From Mycobacteriales bacterium (lineage in GTDB: Bacteria; Actinomycetota; Actinomycetes; Mycobacteriales; QHCA01), in contig JBBQNN010000006.1 of NCBI GenBank assembly GCA_038329965.1, positions 26,357 through 90,356 of the forward strand: a DNA stretch of 64,000 bases, given 5' to 3'. Positions 27,966-36,708 of this stretch are shown here, one piece after another. The position numbers and the translations under genes are program-made. How positions within the stretch are numbered: position 1 is the first letter of the stretch; every line of letters starts with the position of its first letter. The notes beneath the pieces were generated by a model, which did no database searches, was not told where the DNA came from, and saw nothing but the letters and a program-made list of their open reading frames with translations.

Positions 27966-28620
27966 CTAGAAGCGTTCCCGTGCCGGCAGGGCAAGGTGGA
28001 CTGCGGCGGCGATGGCGGCGGCGACCAGGTTGTGGCCGGCGACGTCGGGGTGGTCCCCGTCCGAGCCCAGCAAGTCGGTGTCGTCTGCCGAGCCGTCCTC
28101 CTTGAACGCGGTATGGAGGTCGGCGTAGAGGTCCCGGCTGTTGAGCGACCCGCGCCAGCCGGACGGCCGGGAGGATGTTGATCAGGCCGCAGCCGTCCGA
28201 GGCGGCAGGTTGCGGCCACGGCAGGTCGAGGTCGCCACCGAGCATGGATCGTCGCAGGTGTCGCGACCGCATGACTCGGGGAGATCGCCACGTGACTGGT
28301 CCGATCGGGCAGGTAGCCCTCGAAGCCGGCCGGCTGCAGAGGCTCGGAAAGGACGTACAGCAGTCCGCTGGGCAACTCGGCGAGATCCGTGCGCAGGTTG
28401 AACGCCTCGCGCTGACGGTAGGCGATTTCGACCCGGTGGCACGGCGCCTCGGGCTGGCTCAGGGCTGCGTGGATCTCCAGCAGGCCATAGCTACGTCACT
28501 GCGCCAGGGCGAGGGGGCGACCGCAGCGCCCGGCGAGGTGATGGTCGCGGCTGTCGACGCCCACCAGGCAGCCGACCAGAATCTCGCCGCCGCAGTTGCC
28601 GCCCAGCCTGTTGGGTCCCG
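27966..28620 (-). pseudogene. possible decayed SGNH/GDSL-hydrolase gene (in-frame TGA plus at least 2 frameshifts)
   Basis: The frame ending at TAG 27966 reads ...LLGSDGDHPDVAGHNLVAAAIAAAV (block V DxxH-like). Upstream pieces read well in other frames (ELPSGLLYVLSEPLQPAGFEGYLP; ILVGCLVGVDSRD). By hand count, third-position GC is higher on this strand than for the overlapping + ORF. Confidence 0.35.
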
Positions 28621-28624
28621 ATGA
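28271..28624 (+). CDS. small helical hypothetical protein (doubtful; alternative reading of the same DNA)
   Basis: Intact 117-codon ORF whose TGA overlaps the ATG of the next gene (ATGA). However, codon position 1 is more GC-rich than position 3, which is atypical for this window. Confidence 0.3.
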   Translation: MTRGDRHVTGPIGQVALEAGRLQRLGKDVQQSAGQLGEIRAQVERLALTVGDFDPVARRLGLAQGCVDLQQAIATSLRQGEGATAAPGEVMVAAVDAHQAADQNLAAAVAAQPVGSR

Positions 28625-29346
28625 CGGCCCCTTCCGGGATTGCGGCGATGACGGCGCAACTCAACAAGGACCTCTCGACGATCGAGGTCGGCATGGCGGT
28701 AGCCAGCATCCCGGTGCCCCATTGGTGGGAAGAGCTTCGGGAGACGGTCATCGCGGCTCCCAAGACCGCTGGGCTCACCGCGGTCGCGGACCAGTTGGCG
28801 CGGGCCCAGAACAAGATCCAGCAGAGCCAGACCGCAGTTGGCCAGCACCGTGACGCGGTTCCGGCGGCGTGGGTCGGCCAAGCCGCTACCGTTGCGGTCC
28901 AGTCCTTCGATCAGCTGGACCAATCCCACGCAGTCCTCGCAGGAGTGCTCGGCGATTTCTCCACGTCGTTGTACGACTACATTCACGCCTGGATCAATTT
29001 CCTGAAACAAGCGTTCCCTACGGTCGCGGTGGCCGCTGCCTCCATCGCAGCCCTCCTCTACGTCACTGAGGCCGGCGGGACGATGGGCTCGGGGAAGATG
29101 TATGCCACGGAGGCCGCGGCGGACGCTGCCGCGAGGATGGCCGCGAGATTTTTCTGGCAAGTCATGATCGTGATCGGGGTGATCATCATCGGTTGCATAG
29201 CTGCTCTTGCCATCGAGTGGCACCACTTCGGATCCTTGGTGAGTATGGAGAGTCCGAAGGTCAGGGAGCTGACCGCGAGGGTCACCGACCAGGTGAAGTG
29301 GCCCACGTCGCCCGGTGCCGGCCCGCCCGCGCCGGCACCCCACTGA
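28621..29346 (+). CDS. WXG100-like N-terminal domain fused to a two-TM membrane region
   Basis: Helix-turn-helix with AAWVGQAATVAVQSF (W-x-G-x-AA...F) near residue 84. TM segments VAVAAASIAALLYV and VMIVIGVIIIGCIAALAI. Good GC3. Confidence 0.65.
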   Translation: MTAPSGIAAMTAQLNKDLSTIEVGMAVASIPVPHWWEELRETVIAAPKTAGLTAVADQLARAQNKIQQSQTAVGQHRDAVPAAWVGQAATVAVQSFDQLDQSHAVLAGVLGDFSTSLYDYIHAWINFLKQAFPTVAVAAASIAALLYVTEAGGTMGSGKMYATEAAADAAARMAARFFWQVMIVIGVIIIGCIAALAIEWHHFGSLVSMESPKVRELTARVTDQVKWPTSPGAGPPAPAPH

Positions 29347-30000
29347 GCGGGCCAGTCCCTTCCAGGCGTTCATCTGCCGTAGGCGCCGAACCGAAAGCCC
29401 TCAGATACCGACTCCTGGGCGTCCCGCCCGCCATGTCACGCCCGCCATCCCAGCAACACTGAAACCCGACGATCACACCCCTCGCGCACCACCGTGAATC
29501 ATTCAGGTAGATCCTCCCTTGAGAGCCTGGCGACTATCAAGCGGAACCTATTTCCGTCGTCATTTGCACCCAGGATGGGAGACGACTACTCCGCGCTGGT
29601 CGACATCGCTCTGCCAAGCTGACAGGTGATGGCGCAACTGCTCGGCCAGGTGTTCACCGGACGTCCCCCGTCCCCGCCGGTCATTGCACGCGCCGGTCCG
29701 GCAAGCTGGATGGATGGCCGCGGTAGTCGGCATCGGATAGACCGCATCCGGTGTCTCGAGTGGCACCCGAGTGTGAAGGCGGCTATTGCCGTCGTCGTCC
29801 AAGTCAAGCGGTCAGCCGCCGGCTCCAACGGCCATACGCTGACCCGCTTGATGGACCCGTCCCGGTGTCCTCCAGAGCGCAACCCTTCCGCCCTTCCGCC
29901 CATCTACACATCGACGCCCGCTGGAACTCGTACGCGTCCAGTCGAAGTGCCCCCGAACTCCCACACCGACCCGTCCCAGATGGCACACCGAACGCAATAC

Positions 30001-31269
30001 CTATCCCTGCTGCTGCCCTGGTGGGTTGATGTCTCGCTTGGGTTCGGCGTCGACGGCCGGCAGGGCCAGGAGGAATTCGGCGGGCCGAGACGACGAGATA
30101 GTCAGGCTACCCGATTCCGCGGCCGCCAGTGACCGGGCCAGGGCGAGCCCGATGCCGGTCCCGTGGCTGCCGCTGACGCGCCGGTTGAACACCGTCGAGA
30201 CGAGGTCCGCGGGTATCCCGGGACCGTCGTCGCTGACGCGCAGGACAGCGGTGTCCTCCACCTGCATGACGCTGAGCCTAACGTCGCCGTCCCCGTGCGC
30301 GAGAGCGTTGTCGAGCAGCGACGCCAGCACGCCAAGCAAGTGTTCCCGACGCGCGAGTACGTGGACTCCTGGCGCTAGCTCGCACCGCAGACGACGATCG
30401 TGGCGGGCGAGCACCCGCTCCCATGCAGCCGATCCGTCCTTCGCAAGCGCCCCGAGGTCGACGACGTCCGGTTCAGCCGAGTCGCCACGCGCCCGGGCGA
30501 GCAGTGAGGTGATGACATCGTCCAGCCGCCCAACCTGCGTCAGCGCATCCTCGGCCTCCTCGCGGACCGGTCCGTCCCCGATGCGGCTCAGCTCGTCTAG
30601 GTGCAGTCCGATGCTCGTTAGCGGCGTACGTAGCTGATGTGCCGCGTCGGAAGCAAAGTCGCGTTGCAGGTCCAGCAGCGTGCCGATCTGGCGGGCGCTG
30701 CGTTCCAGGACGTGAGAGATGCGGTCGATCTCCGGGGTACCAGTGGCGAGTGGTTCTGCGGTGAAGGCGCCGCGGCCGAGCATGTCGGCGCGGGTGACGA
30801 GGTCGGCGATTGGACGGGTGAGCCATCGTGCTTGCACTAGGGCGAGTCCGACGGCGGCGGCCGTGGACAGCAGTGCCAGTCCGATGACTACGGCGGTGAC
30901 CTCACGGCCGCGGGCGATGGTCGGGGCCCGCGGGGCGGCGACGGTGATGCTGTTGTCCGCGACCACCACCGTCGCGCTGATGACTGGCCGACCGGCAAGC
31001 GTGGGACCGGCCGTGACCGCCGGGCCGAGTGCGGGAGTGACGACAATTCGGCGGTCGGGCATCAGCCGCAGGTAGCCACGCAGGTCGATCGGCTTGCCCG
31101 CGTCGAGCCGGTCTTCCATGCCGGCGGCCACGCTGGCGGCCTGCTCCCGAACGCGCTCGCGGGCGGAGGTCCACACCTGATGCCGGGCCAGGATTGCCAG
31201 CGGTACGCCGAGGATGGCGACGCAGACGAAGGCTATCGCCAGCATGCTGGCCAGCAGTCGGCTCTTCAC
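30001..31269 (-). CDS. sensor histidine kinase (TM-HAMP-HisKA-HATPase)
   Basis: GTG 31267-31269 overlaps the regulator stop (GTGA). H-box AAHQLRTPLTSI. LDNALAHG, DDGPGIP, GTGIGLALA. Confidence 0.85.
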   Translation of the reverse strand: MKSRLLASMLAIAFVCVAILGVPLAILARHQVWTSARERVREQAASVAAGMEDRLDAGKPIDLRGYLRLMPDRRIVVTPALGPAVTAGPTLAGRPVISATVVVADNSITVAAPRAPTIARGREVTAVVIGLALLSTAAAVGLALVQARWLTRPIADLVTRADMLGRGAFTAEPLATGTPEIDRISHVLERSARQIGTLLDLQRDFASDAAHQLRTPLTSIGLHLDELSRIGDGPVREEAEDALTQVGRLDDVITSLLARARGDSAEPDVVDLGALAKDGSAAWERVLARHDRRLRCELAPGVHVLARREHLLGVLASLLDNALAHGDGDVRLSVMQVEDTAVLRVSDDGPGIPADLVSTVFNRRVSGSHGTGIGLALARSLAAAESGSLTISSSRPAEFLLALPAVDAEPKRDINPPGQQQG

Positions 31270-31931
31270 TCGGGATGATCGCGGAATCGGAAGCCCTTGC
31301 CGCGAACGGTAACGATGAGGTCGTCGCCGAGTTTCGACCGCAGCCACGACACGTGCTGGTCCAGCGTCCTGGTCGACCCTTGCCAGGATGTCTGCCACAC
31401 GTCACGGAGCAACCGCTCGCGGGTCACCACCTTTCCGGCGTCGGCGATCAGCCGCGCGAGCAGGTCGAACTCCTTCGGCGACAGCGCCAGCTCGCGGTCG
31501 TGCAGGAACGCCCGGCGCGACGCAATGCCAACGCGGACGCCGCAGGCGGCGAGCTCGCTCGGCTCGGCCCGGCGCGCGGCGGAGCGGACCCGCGCGAGGA
31601 GTTCTGCCAGCCGAAATGGCTTCGCGATGTAGTCATCCGCGCCGGCGTCAAGGCCGTCGACCGCGTGCACTTCCTCGGCAAGCGCGGTCAGGAGCAAGAT
31701 CTGCAACCGCGGCCGGGCGGCGCGCAGCCGCCGGCACACTTCGAGCCCGTCCAGATGCGGCAAGCCGACGTCGAGGATGACCAGCGACACCTGCGGATCG
31801 TGCCCGGACCGCAAACCGGACGGCCCGTCCCGCTCGGTGATCACGTCATAGCCCTCCCGCCGCAGACCGCGACTCAGCGGTGCGCTGATCGCGTCGTCGT
31901 CCTCAACCAGCAAGATCCGCAGCAACGGCAC
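31266..31931 (-). CDS. OmpR-family response regulator
   Basis: GTG start at VPLLRILLVEDD. ILDVGLPHLDG. C-terminal wHTH (LDQHVSWLRSKL...VRGKGFRF). Confidence 0.9.
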   Translation of the reverse strand: MPLLRILLVEDDDAISAPLSRGLRREGYDVITERDGPSGLRSGHDPQVSLVILDVGLPHLDGLEVCRRLRAARPRLQILLLTALAEEVHAVDGLDAGADDYIAKPFRLAELLARVRSAARRAEPSELAACGVRVGIASRRAFLHDRELALSPKEFDLLARLIADAGKVVTRERLLRDVWQTSWQGSTRTLDQHVSWLRSKLGDDLIVTVRGKGFRFRDHPE

Positions 31932-31980
31932 ATGATGATGCTGGCAGCCGCCAGCCGGCACGGCCAAATCTGACACCGAT

Positions 31981-32004
31981 CTTGACCTGCTCTTGACGTA
32001 AACT
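31981..32004 (+). promoter_or_regulatory. direct repeats CTTGACC/CTTGACG at 11-bp spacing followed by TAAACT (candidate regulator site and -10 for a leaderless transcript)
   Basis: cttgacc tgct cttgacg taaact cgccg ATG(32010). Lies in the 78-bp divergent region between the response regulator and the DUF347-like gene. Confidence 0.3.
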
Positions 32005-32009
32005 CGCCG

Positions 32010-32831
32010 ATGCTTGATGTCATGACCGCACCGATGACTACCCAGGCCCAGCATTCCGCCACCAATGCCCGGCAGATGCTCAACAAGGTCCCCGAGGTCA
32101 CCGCCTACTTCTGGATCATCAAGATCCTGTGCACGACAGTCGGTGAAAGCTTTGCGGACTACATCAATGCAACTCTCGGCGTCGGCCTGACCGATACCAC
32201 TATCATCTTCTCCGCAGCTCTCGTCGCGGTCCTTGTCGCCCAATTCCGGTTGCGGCGCTATGTCCCCGGCGTGTATTGGGCCGCCGTGGTCCTGATCAGC
32301 GTCGTGGGGACGCTGCTTACCGACATCCTCACTGACGGACTAGGCGTGCCGCTGTGGCTGAGCACCACCGTGTTCTCGGTGGTCCTCGCGGCGGTGTTCG
32401 GCATTTGGTACGCCCGCGAACGAACGCTGTCGATTCACTCGATCGTGACCACGCCCCGGGAGAGCTTCTACTGGCTCACCGTGCTGGTTACCTTCGCGCT
32501 TGGCACCGCCGCCGGCGACTGGACTCTCGAACTCACCGGCTGGGGGCCGGGCCCGTCCGTGCTCCTGCCCGCTGGGCTCATTGCGGCCGTGTTCGTCGCA
32601 TGGCGCCTTGGCGCCGGTCCGGTGCTGACCTTCTGGCTCGCCTACATCCTCACCCGCCCGCTCGGCGCCAACCTCGGCGACTTCCTCGGCTCGCCTCGCT
32701 CTGACGGGGGGCTCGGCCTCGGCACCCTGTGGACCAGCGTCCTGTTCCTCACGACGATTCTCGTAGTCGTCGCGTACCTGACGAGAACGAAGCAGGACCG
32801 CACCGAACGCGTTCACCACAGTACGGACTGA
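32010..32831 (+). CDS. DUF347/COG4705-like repeat membrane protein
   Basis: Four internal repeats of an [FY]W-x(8-10)-G-x3-D TM motif (YFWIIKILCTTVGESFAD, YWAAVVLISVVGTLLTD, FYWLTVLVTFALGTAAGD, FWLAYILTRPLGANLGD). Confidence 0.75.
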   Translation: MLDVMTAPMTTQAQHSATNARQMLNKVPEVTAYFWIIKILCTTVGESFADYINATLGVGLTDTTIIFSAALVAVLVAQFRLRRYVPGVYWAAVVLISVVGTLLTDILTDGLGVPLWLSTTVFSVVLAAVFGIWYARERTLSIHSIVTTPRESFYWLTVLVTFALGTAAGDWTLELTGWGPGPSVLLPAGLIAAVFVAWRLGAGPVLTFWLAYILTRPLGANLGDFLGSPRSDGGLGLGTLWTSVLFLTTILVVVAYLTRTKQDRTERVHHSTD

Positions 32832-32879
32832 ACCGGAGCCGGTAGTTGCGCTGCGCCGACACATCGGGTACCACCTCAA

Positions 32880-33704
32880 GTGGTGGGCCCCGAATCTGCC
32901 GAGCGCAGCGCGGCGGGTGTCGTCGTCGGCGTACATCGGGTCGCGACTGCCGATCCTCCCGTCAGGTGGGCAGCCGACGAAGCCCGACGACGGCACCTGC
33001 CGCTCACGCTGGTGCACGCCTGGCGGGAGCACCTCGACATCGAGGTCACGCTCAGTGCCGACGCTCTACCCGACCTGGACGGGCCGGTGGAGGCCCGCGC
33101 GGCACACGGTCGGGCGGCGGCGGTGCTGCTCGGCTACCCGGCCGATCTGCTCGTGCTGGGCGCGCATTCCGGCACGTTGCACCTCAGACACGTCACCCGG
33201 TTGTGCTTACATCAGGCAACGTGCCCCGTGGTGGTGGTGCCCGAGGCGGACCGGCCGCCGGTCGGACGCATCGTCGTCGGCGTCGACGGCGCTGACACGT
33301 CGCGAGAAGCGCTGCTCTGGGCGGCAGAGGCAGCCGCTCTGCGCGGCGTGACCCTAACGGTGGTGCAGGCCTGGCAGGTGCGCCCGCACTCGCCGACGGA
33401 CGTGCTCCATCCGCGCAGTGCCGTGCCCACCCAACAAGCGGCCGCCCAGGGACGGCTCCGCTCCTGGGCCGAGTCGGTCGTGGCGGACACCAGCGCCATC
33501 GACTTCTACACCCCCCACGGCGCGCCACTCGACATGCTCCTTGACTGCGCCGCTGACGCCGATTTGGTCGTCATCGGTCGACGGTCACACAGCGGCCTCA
33601 GGCGGGTACTGCATGGCGCGGCCGGTGACAGCCTCAGTGCCCTCGCGCCTTGCCCGGTCGCAGTCGTGCCAACCACGGCACGGCACGCGAAGCGGCCAGT
33701 CTGA
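32880..33704 (+). CDS. tandem-domain universal stress protein
   Basis: Two Usp halves, each ending in the ...CPVVVVP / ...CPVAVVP motif. Start codon uncertain. Confidence 0.8.
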   Translation: MVGPESAERSAAGVVVGVHRVATADPPVRWAADEARRRHLPLTLVHAWREHLDIEVTLSADALPDLDGPVEARAAHGRAAAVLLGYPADLLVLGAHSGTLHLRHVTRLCLHQATCPVVVVPEADRPPVGRIVVGVDGADTSREALLWAAEAAALRGVTLTVVQAWQVRPHSPTDVLHPRSAVPTQQAAAQGRLRSWAESVVADTSAIDFYTPHGAPLDMLLDCAADADLVVIGRRSHSGLRRVLHGAAGDSLSALAPCPVAVVPTTARHAKRPV

Positions 33705-33718
33705 TCCCGGGGGCCCCT

Positions 33719-33885
33719 TTACCTGCTGCGCCAGGTCAAGACCCCAGTGTCGAAGTCGACGTGTGACCAGCGCAGCGCAAACAAGTCGCCGCGCCGGATT
33801 CCGGTGTTCGTGGCGAGCAAGACGATGGCCCCCATGTCGCGGCCCTTCCACGACTCGTTGACGATCCGGGCAGCCCCCTCCGCGC
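33719..33885 (-). pseudogene. tyrosine-recombinase (phage integrase) fragment
   Basis: ...LLATNTGIRRGDLFALRWSHVDFDTGVLTWRSR* matches the region around the first catalytic Arg of integrases. There is no continuation in any frame. Confidence 0.6.
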
Positions 33886-34001
33886 TCGGTGGACTCGGAT
33901 CAGGTTGTGGCATTGCCGGCGGGATGCTCGACGCGGCCAGGGGTTTGCAAGCATGCGGCCTGCTTGCGTTTGAGCGCGCTCGAACTCTTACCGTCGTTGT
34001 C

Positions 34002-34883
34002 ATGACGACACAGACGACAGCGACTACCAACAACAGCGCTCAGACGTGGATCATCACCGGTGCGTCGAAGGGCTTCGGTCGGGCACTCGCCGAGGCCGCA
34101 CTCGCTGTCGGCGACCAGGTCGTGGTGGCAGTGCGGAATCCAGCGAGCGTGGCCGACCTGGCAGATGCACACCCGGACCGGTGTGCGGTGGCGCGGTACG
34201 ACGCACGGGACACCGCTGGCGCCGAGAACCTGGTGCGCAAGGCCGTGGATGGCTTCGGCCGGGTCGACGTGTTGGTGAACAATGCCGGCCGTGCGCTGAT
34301 CGGCGCCGCCGAGGAGACCAGCGACGAACAGCTGCGGGAGCTGATGGATCTGCATCTGTTCGGCCCCGCCGCGCTCGTGCGGGCCGCGTTGCCGCTGATG
34401 CGGTCGCAGGGTGGCGGGACGATCGTGCAGATGAGCAGCCAGGGCGGGCGCCTGTCGTTCCCGGGCGTGTCGACCTACTCGGCGTCGAAGTTCGCCCTGG
34501 AGGGGTGGTCCGAAGCGCTGGCCGGCGAGGTCGCGCCGTTCGGTATCCGGGTGATACTCGTGGAGCCGAGCCGGTTCCGCACCGCGTTCAACGCCGCCGA
34601 CGTCCTTGAGTTCACCGAAGCCGCTGACACTTACCGTGACACGCTGGCTGCCGTCCGTGCCGATATGGCCGGCGCCGACGGCGTTCAGGAGGGCGACCCG
34701 GCCAAGGCTGCCGACATTATCGTCGGGCTCGCGCACGCTGAGCAGGTGCCGCTGCGACTCCCGCTCGGGGCCGAAGCCGTCGACCGCCTGTCCGCCGCCT
34801 ACCGGCAAGGCCTAGCCGGCGTGCAGGCGTGGGCCGAGGTCGCCCGCAGCGCCGACTTCGCCGCGTCGGCCCGTCCGATTTAG
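34002..34883 (+). CDS. classical SDR oxidoreductase
   Basis: Start at MTTQTT.. (ATG 34002). TGASKGFG, NNAG, YSASK motifs. Confidence 0.85.
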   Translation: MTTQTTATTNNSAQTWIITGASKGFGRALAEAALAVGDQVVVAVRNPASVADLADAHPDRCAVARYDARDTAGAENLVRKAVDGFGRVDVLVNNAGRALIGAAEETSDEQLRELMDLHLFGPAALVRAALPLMRSQGGGTIVQMSSQGGRLSFPGVSTYSASKFALEGWSEALAGEVAPFGIRVILVEPSRFRTAFNAADVLEFTEAADTYRDTLAAVRADMAGADGVQEGDPAKAADIIVGLAHAEQVPLRLPLGAEAVDRLSAAYRQGLAGVQAWAEVARSADFAASARPI

Positions 34884-34891
34884 GATCAGGT

Positions 34892-35365
34892 ATGGCCACC
34901 GACGAGCTGATGACCAGGGCACTCGCGGCGCTCAGCGAGGCTGACGGGCCGCTGTCGGTAGAGGTGATCCACCGCCTCGCCGACACCAGCGAGGTCACCG
35001 AACCGATGACAATCACCGAGGTCGCCGACCTGCTCGACATCTCGGCGCACACGCTGCGCTACTACGAACGCGCCGGCCTCGTGCAGGTCGACCGCGACGC
35101 CAGCGGCCACCGCAGCTACGACCCCGAAGCCGTGCGCCGGCTGGTATTCCTGACCCGGATGCGGCTGTCCGGGATGGCGATGCGCGACCTGCAGCACTAC
35201 GTGGACCTCGTCGACGCGGGCGAGCAGACCGTGCCCGAACGCCTGGACATGCTGCTGGAGCACCGCGACACCATCCGCCGCCAGATCCGCGAACTGACCC
35301 TGTCCCTCGCCGCCACCGAATACAAGATCGCCACCTACGGCGGGCACACCGGAGAAACCCGATGA
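34892..35365 (+). CDS. MerR-family transcriptional regulator
   Basis: HTH MTITEVADLLDISAHTLRYYERAGLV plus a coiled-coil C-terminus. The N-terminal ~38 aa are uncertain. Confidence 0.8.
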   Translation: MATDELMTRALAALSEADGPLSVEVIHRLADTSEVTEPMTITEVADLLDISAHTLRYYERAGLVQVDRDASGHRSYDPEAVRRLVFLTRMRLSGMAMRDLQHYVDLVDAGEQTVPERLDMLLEHRDTIRRQIRELTLSLAATEYKIATYGGHTGETR

Positions 35366-35430
35366 CTCAAGTTCGGAGTGGGACGAGGTTGCCGGCGTGA
35401 GCGAGGAGATCACCGCACTGCTGATCGAGG

Positions 35431-35657
35431 TCAACCGGTCCCGCTCCGCCGCTGCGGGCGCCCGTCGGTGGGTGACGGTCGGCGAACGACGAGGCCGGCG
35501 GCTTCCAGCTTGCGGACGCTGCCGGTGACGGCGGGCGGTTCACAGCCGCTGGAGACGGCCAACTGGCTCGCGGGTGGCAGACGTCGCTGGCGTGGGCGTG
35601 TCTGCTCTTGCTTTCCGCTTCTGACATGATCGCGCCTCGTCGGTACGGGTGGGACAC
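35431..35657 (-). pseudogene. small winged-helix (MarR/ArsR-like) regulator, apparently frameshifted
   Basis: MSEAESKSRHAHASDV in one frame, then LASQLAVSSGCEPPAVTGSVRKLEAAGLVVRRPSPTDGR in another. Confidence 0.3.
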
Positions 35658-35701
35658 AGCCCGGCCTACACAGTGCGAGACGTGATCGTGGGAGGCGTTC
35701 G

Positions 35702-36457
35702 ATGAACCTGGCCGAGGCCATCGCTGGTAATCCTGGGGCCGTTTCTCTGCCGGGTCTGGACCAGGCCTGGCGCTGGCCTGGGATCATTCCTCGGTTCCAG
35801 AACGCGGCCACGGTCTCCACCGACGGTGAACGCATTCTCCAGACGTACACGCTTGACTCCTACGACGAACACGTCGTGCGAGACGTGCTGGCGCACGCCC
35901 GAGAATGCACCGGAGAGCTGTCGGCGGACGGACCCCCGTTGCGGATCCTTCCTGAGTTCACGACGCCGGGCCGCTACTTCAGCCTTGTTGTCCTCGTGTC
36001 ACCCGCAGTGCATCGGACATACAAGGCTGAGTGCCCGGAACTGCATCCGGTCACGTTCCTGGCTTTCCCGGCCTACACCGCCGAATACTCCGGAGCGGAA
36101 ACGCTCGTTGAGGCGGAGTTACGCACGTTAAACCCCCACGGCATTCTGCTATGCGACCTCAACCGTGCACCGAATAGATATGTGAAACTGCGCTACCAGA
36201 ATCTCACCACCAAGGGCCGGACCAGGGGTGACACGCGCGGCTTCAGCGACCCGCTGACCCTCGCGCGCGAGCTCGAACGGCTGGAGAACTCGCCGGGGAG
36301 CTTCATCGAGTTCGAGAACTACCTGGGTCAGGTCTGGCGGGCCGAATGGGACGGTCAGTGGGTGCTGACCGGCACCACCGACCGCCGGTTCGGCACCGCC
36401 GAGGACGTGCTCCTCTTCGCCGAGGACGCACTTGCCGGTCGTGCCCTACCACACTGA
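35702..36457 (+). CDS. hypothetical protein (251 aa)
   Basis: Intact ORF with lower GC than surroundings. No family recognised. A degenerate partial copy lies just downstream. Confidence 0.6.
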   Translation: MNLAEAIAGNPGAVSLPGLDQAWRWPGIIPRFQNAATVSTDGERILQTYTLDSYDEHVVRDVLAHARECTGELSADGPPLRILPEFTTPGRYFSLVVLVSPAVHRTYKAECPELHPVTFLAFPAYTAEYSGAETLVEAELRTLNPHGILLCDLNRAPNRYVKLRYQNLTTKGRTRGDTRGFSDPLTLARELERLENSPGSFIEFENYLGQVWRAEWDGQWVLTGTTDRRFGTAEDVLLFAEDALAGRALPH

Positions 36458-36540
36458 ATACTCGGGACCAGAAACAGGCATCGAGGCGAAGTCACACACG
36501 TTGGACCCACGGGCATCTTGCTCGATGATCTGAAGTGTGA

Positions 36541-36700
36541 GCCGAAAAAATACGTGAAAGATGCGCTTCAACAACCCGACCACCAAGATCTCGGACCGAG
36601 GGCGACACGCGCGGCTTCAGCGACCTGGCTCGTATAGGCCCGGCCGCAGAGTTCATCAAGCCCTTCGTCGTCAGGTCGTCCAGGTGGAAAGGGCTAGAAC
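36541..36700 (+). pseudogene. degenerate partial duplicate of the 35702-36457 gene
   Basis: tacgtgaaagatgcgcttcaacaacccgaccaccaag...ggcgacacgcgcggcttcagcgacc parallels 36179-36250 (tatgtgaaactgcgctaccagaatctcaccaccaag...ggtgacacgcgcggcttcagcgacc). The reading frame is broken. Confidence 0.45.
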
Positions 36701-36708
36701 CGTCTCGG

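Noticed and set aside
33947-33967. Dyad GCAAGCA-n7-TGCTTGC after a TTGCAA hexamer, upstream of the SDR-MerR pair. Considered as a second MerR-type promoter.
   Set aside because: There is no acceptable -10 hexamer at the 19-bp position (TTGAGC) and the dyad is only 7 bp. Too weak to call.
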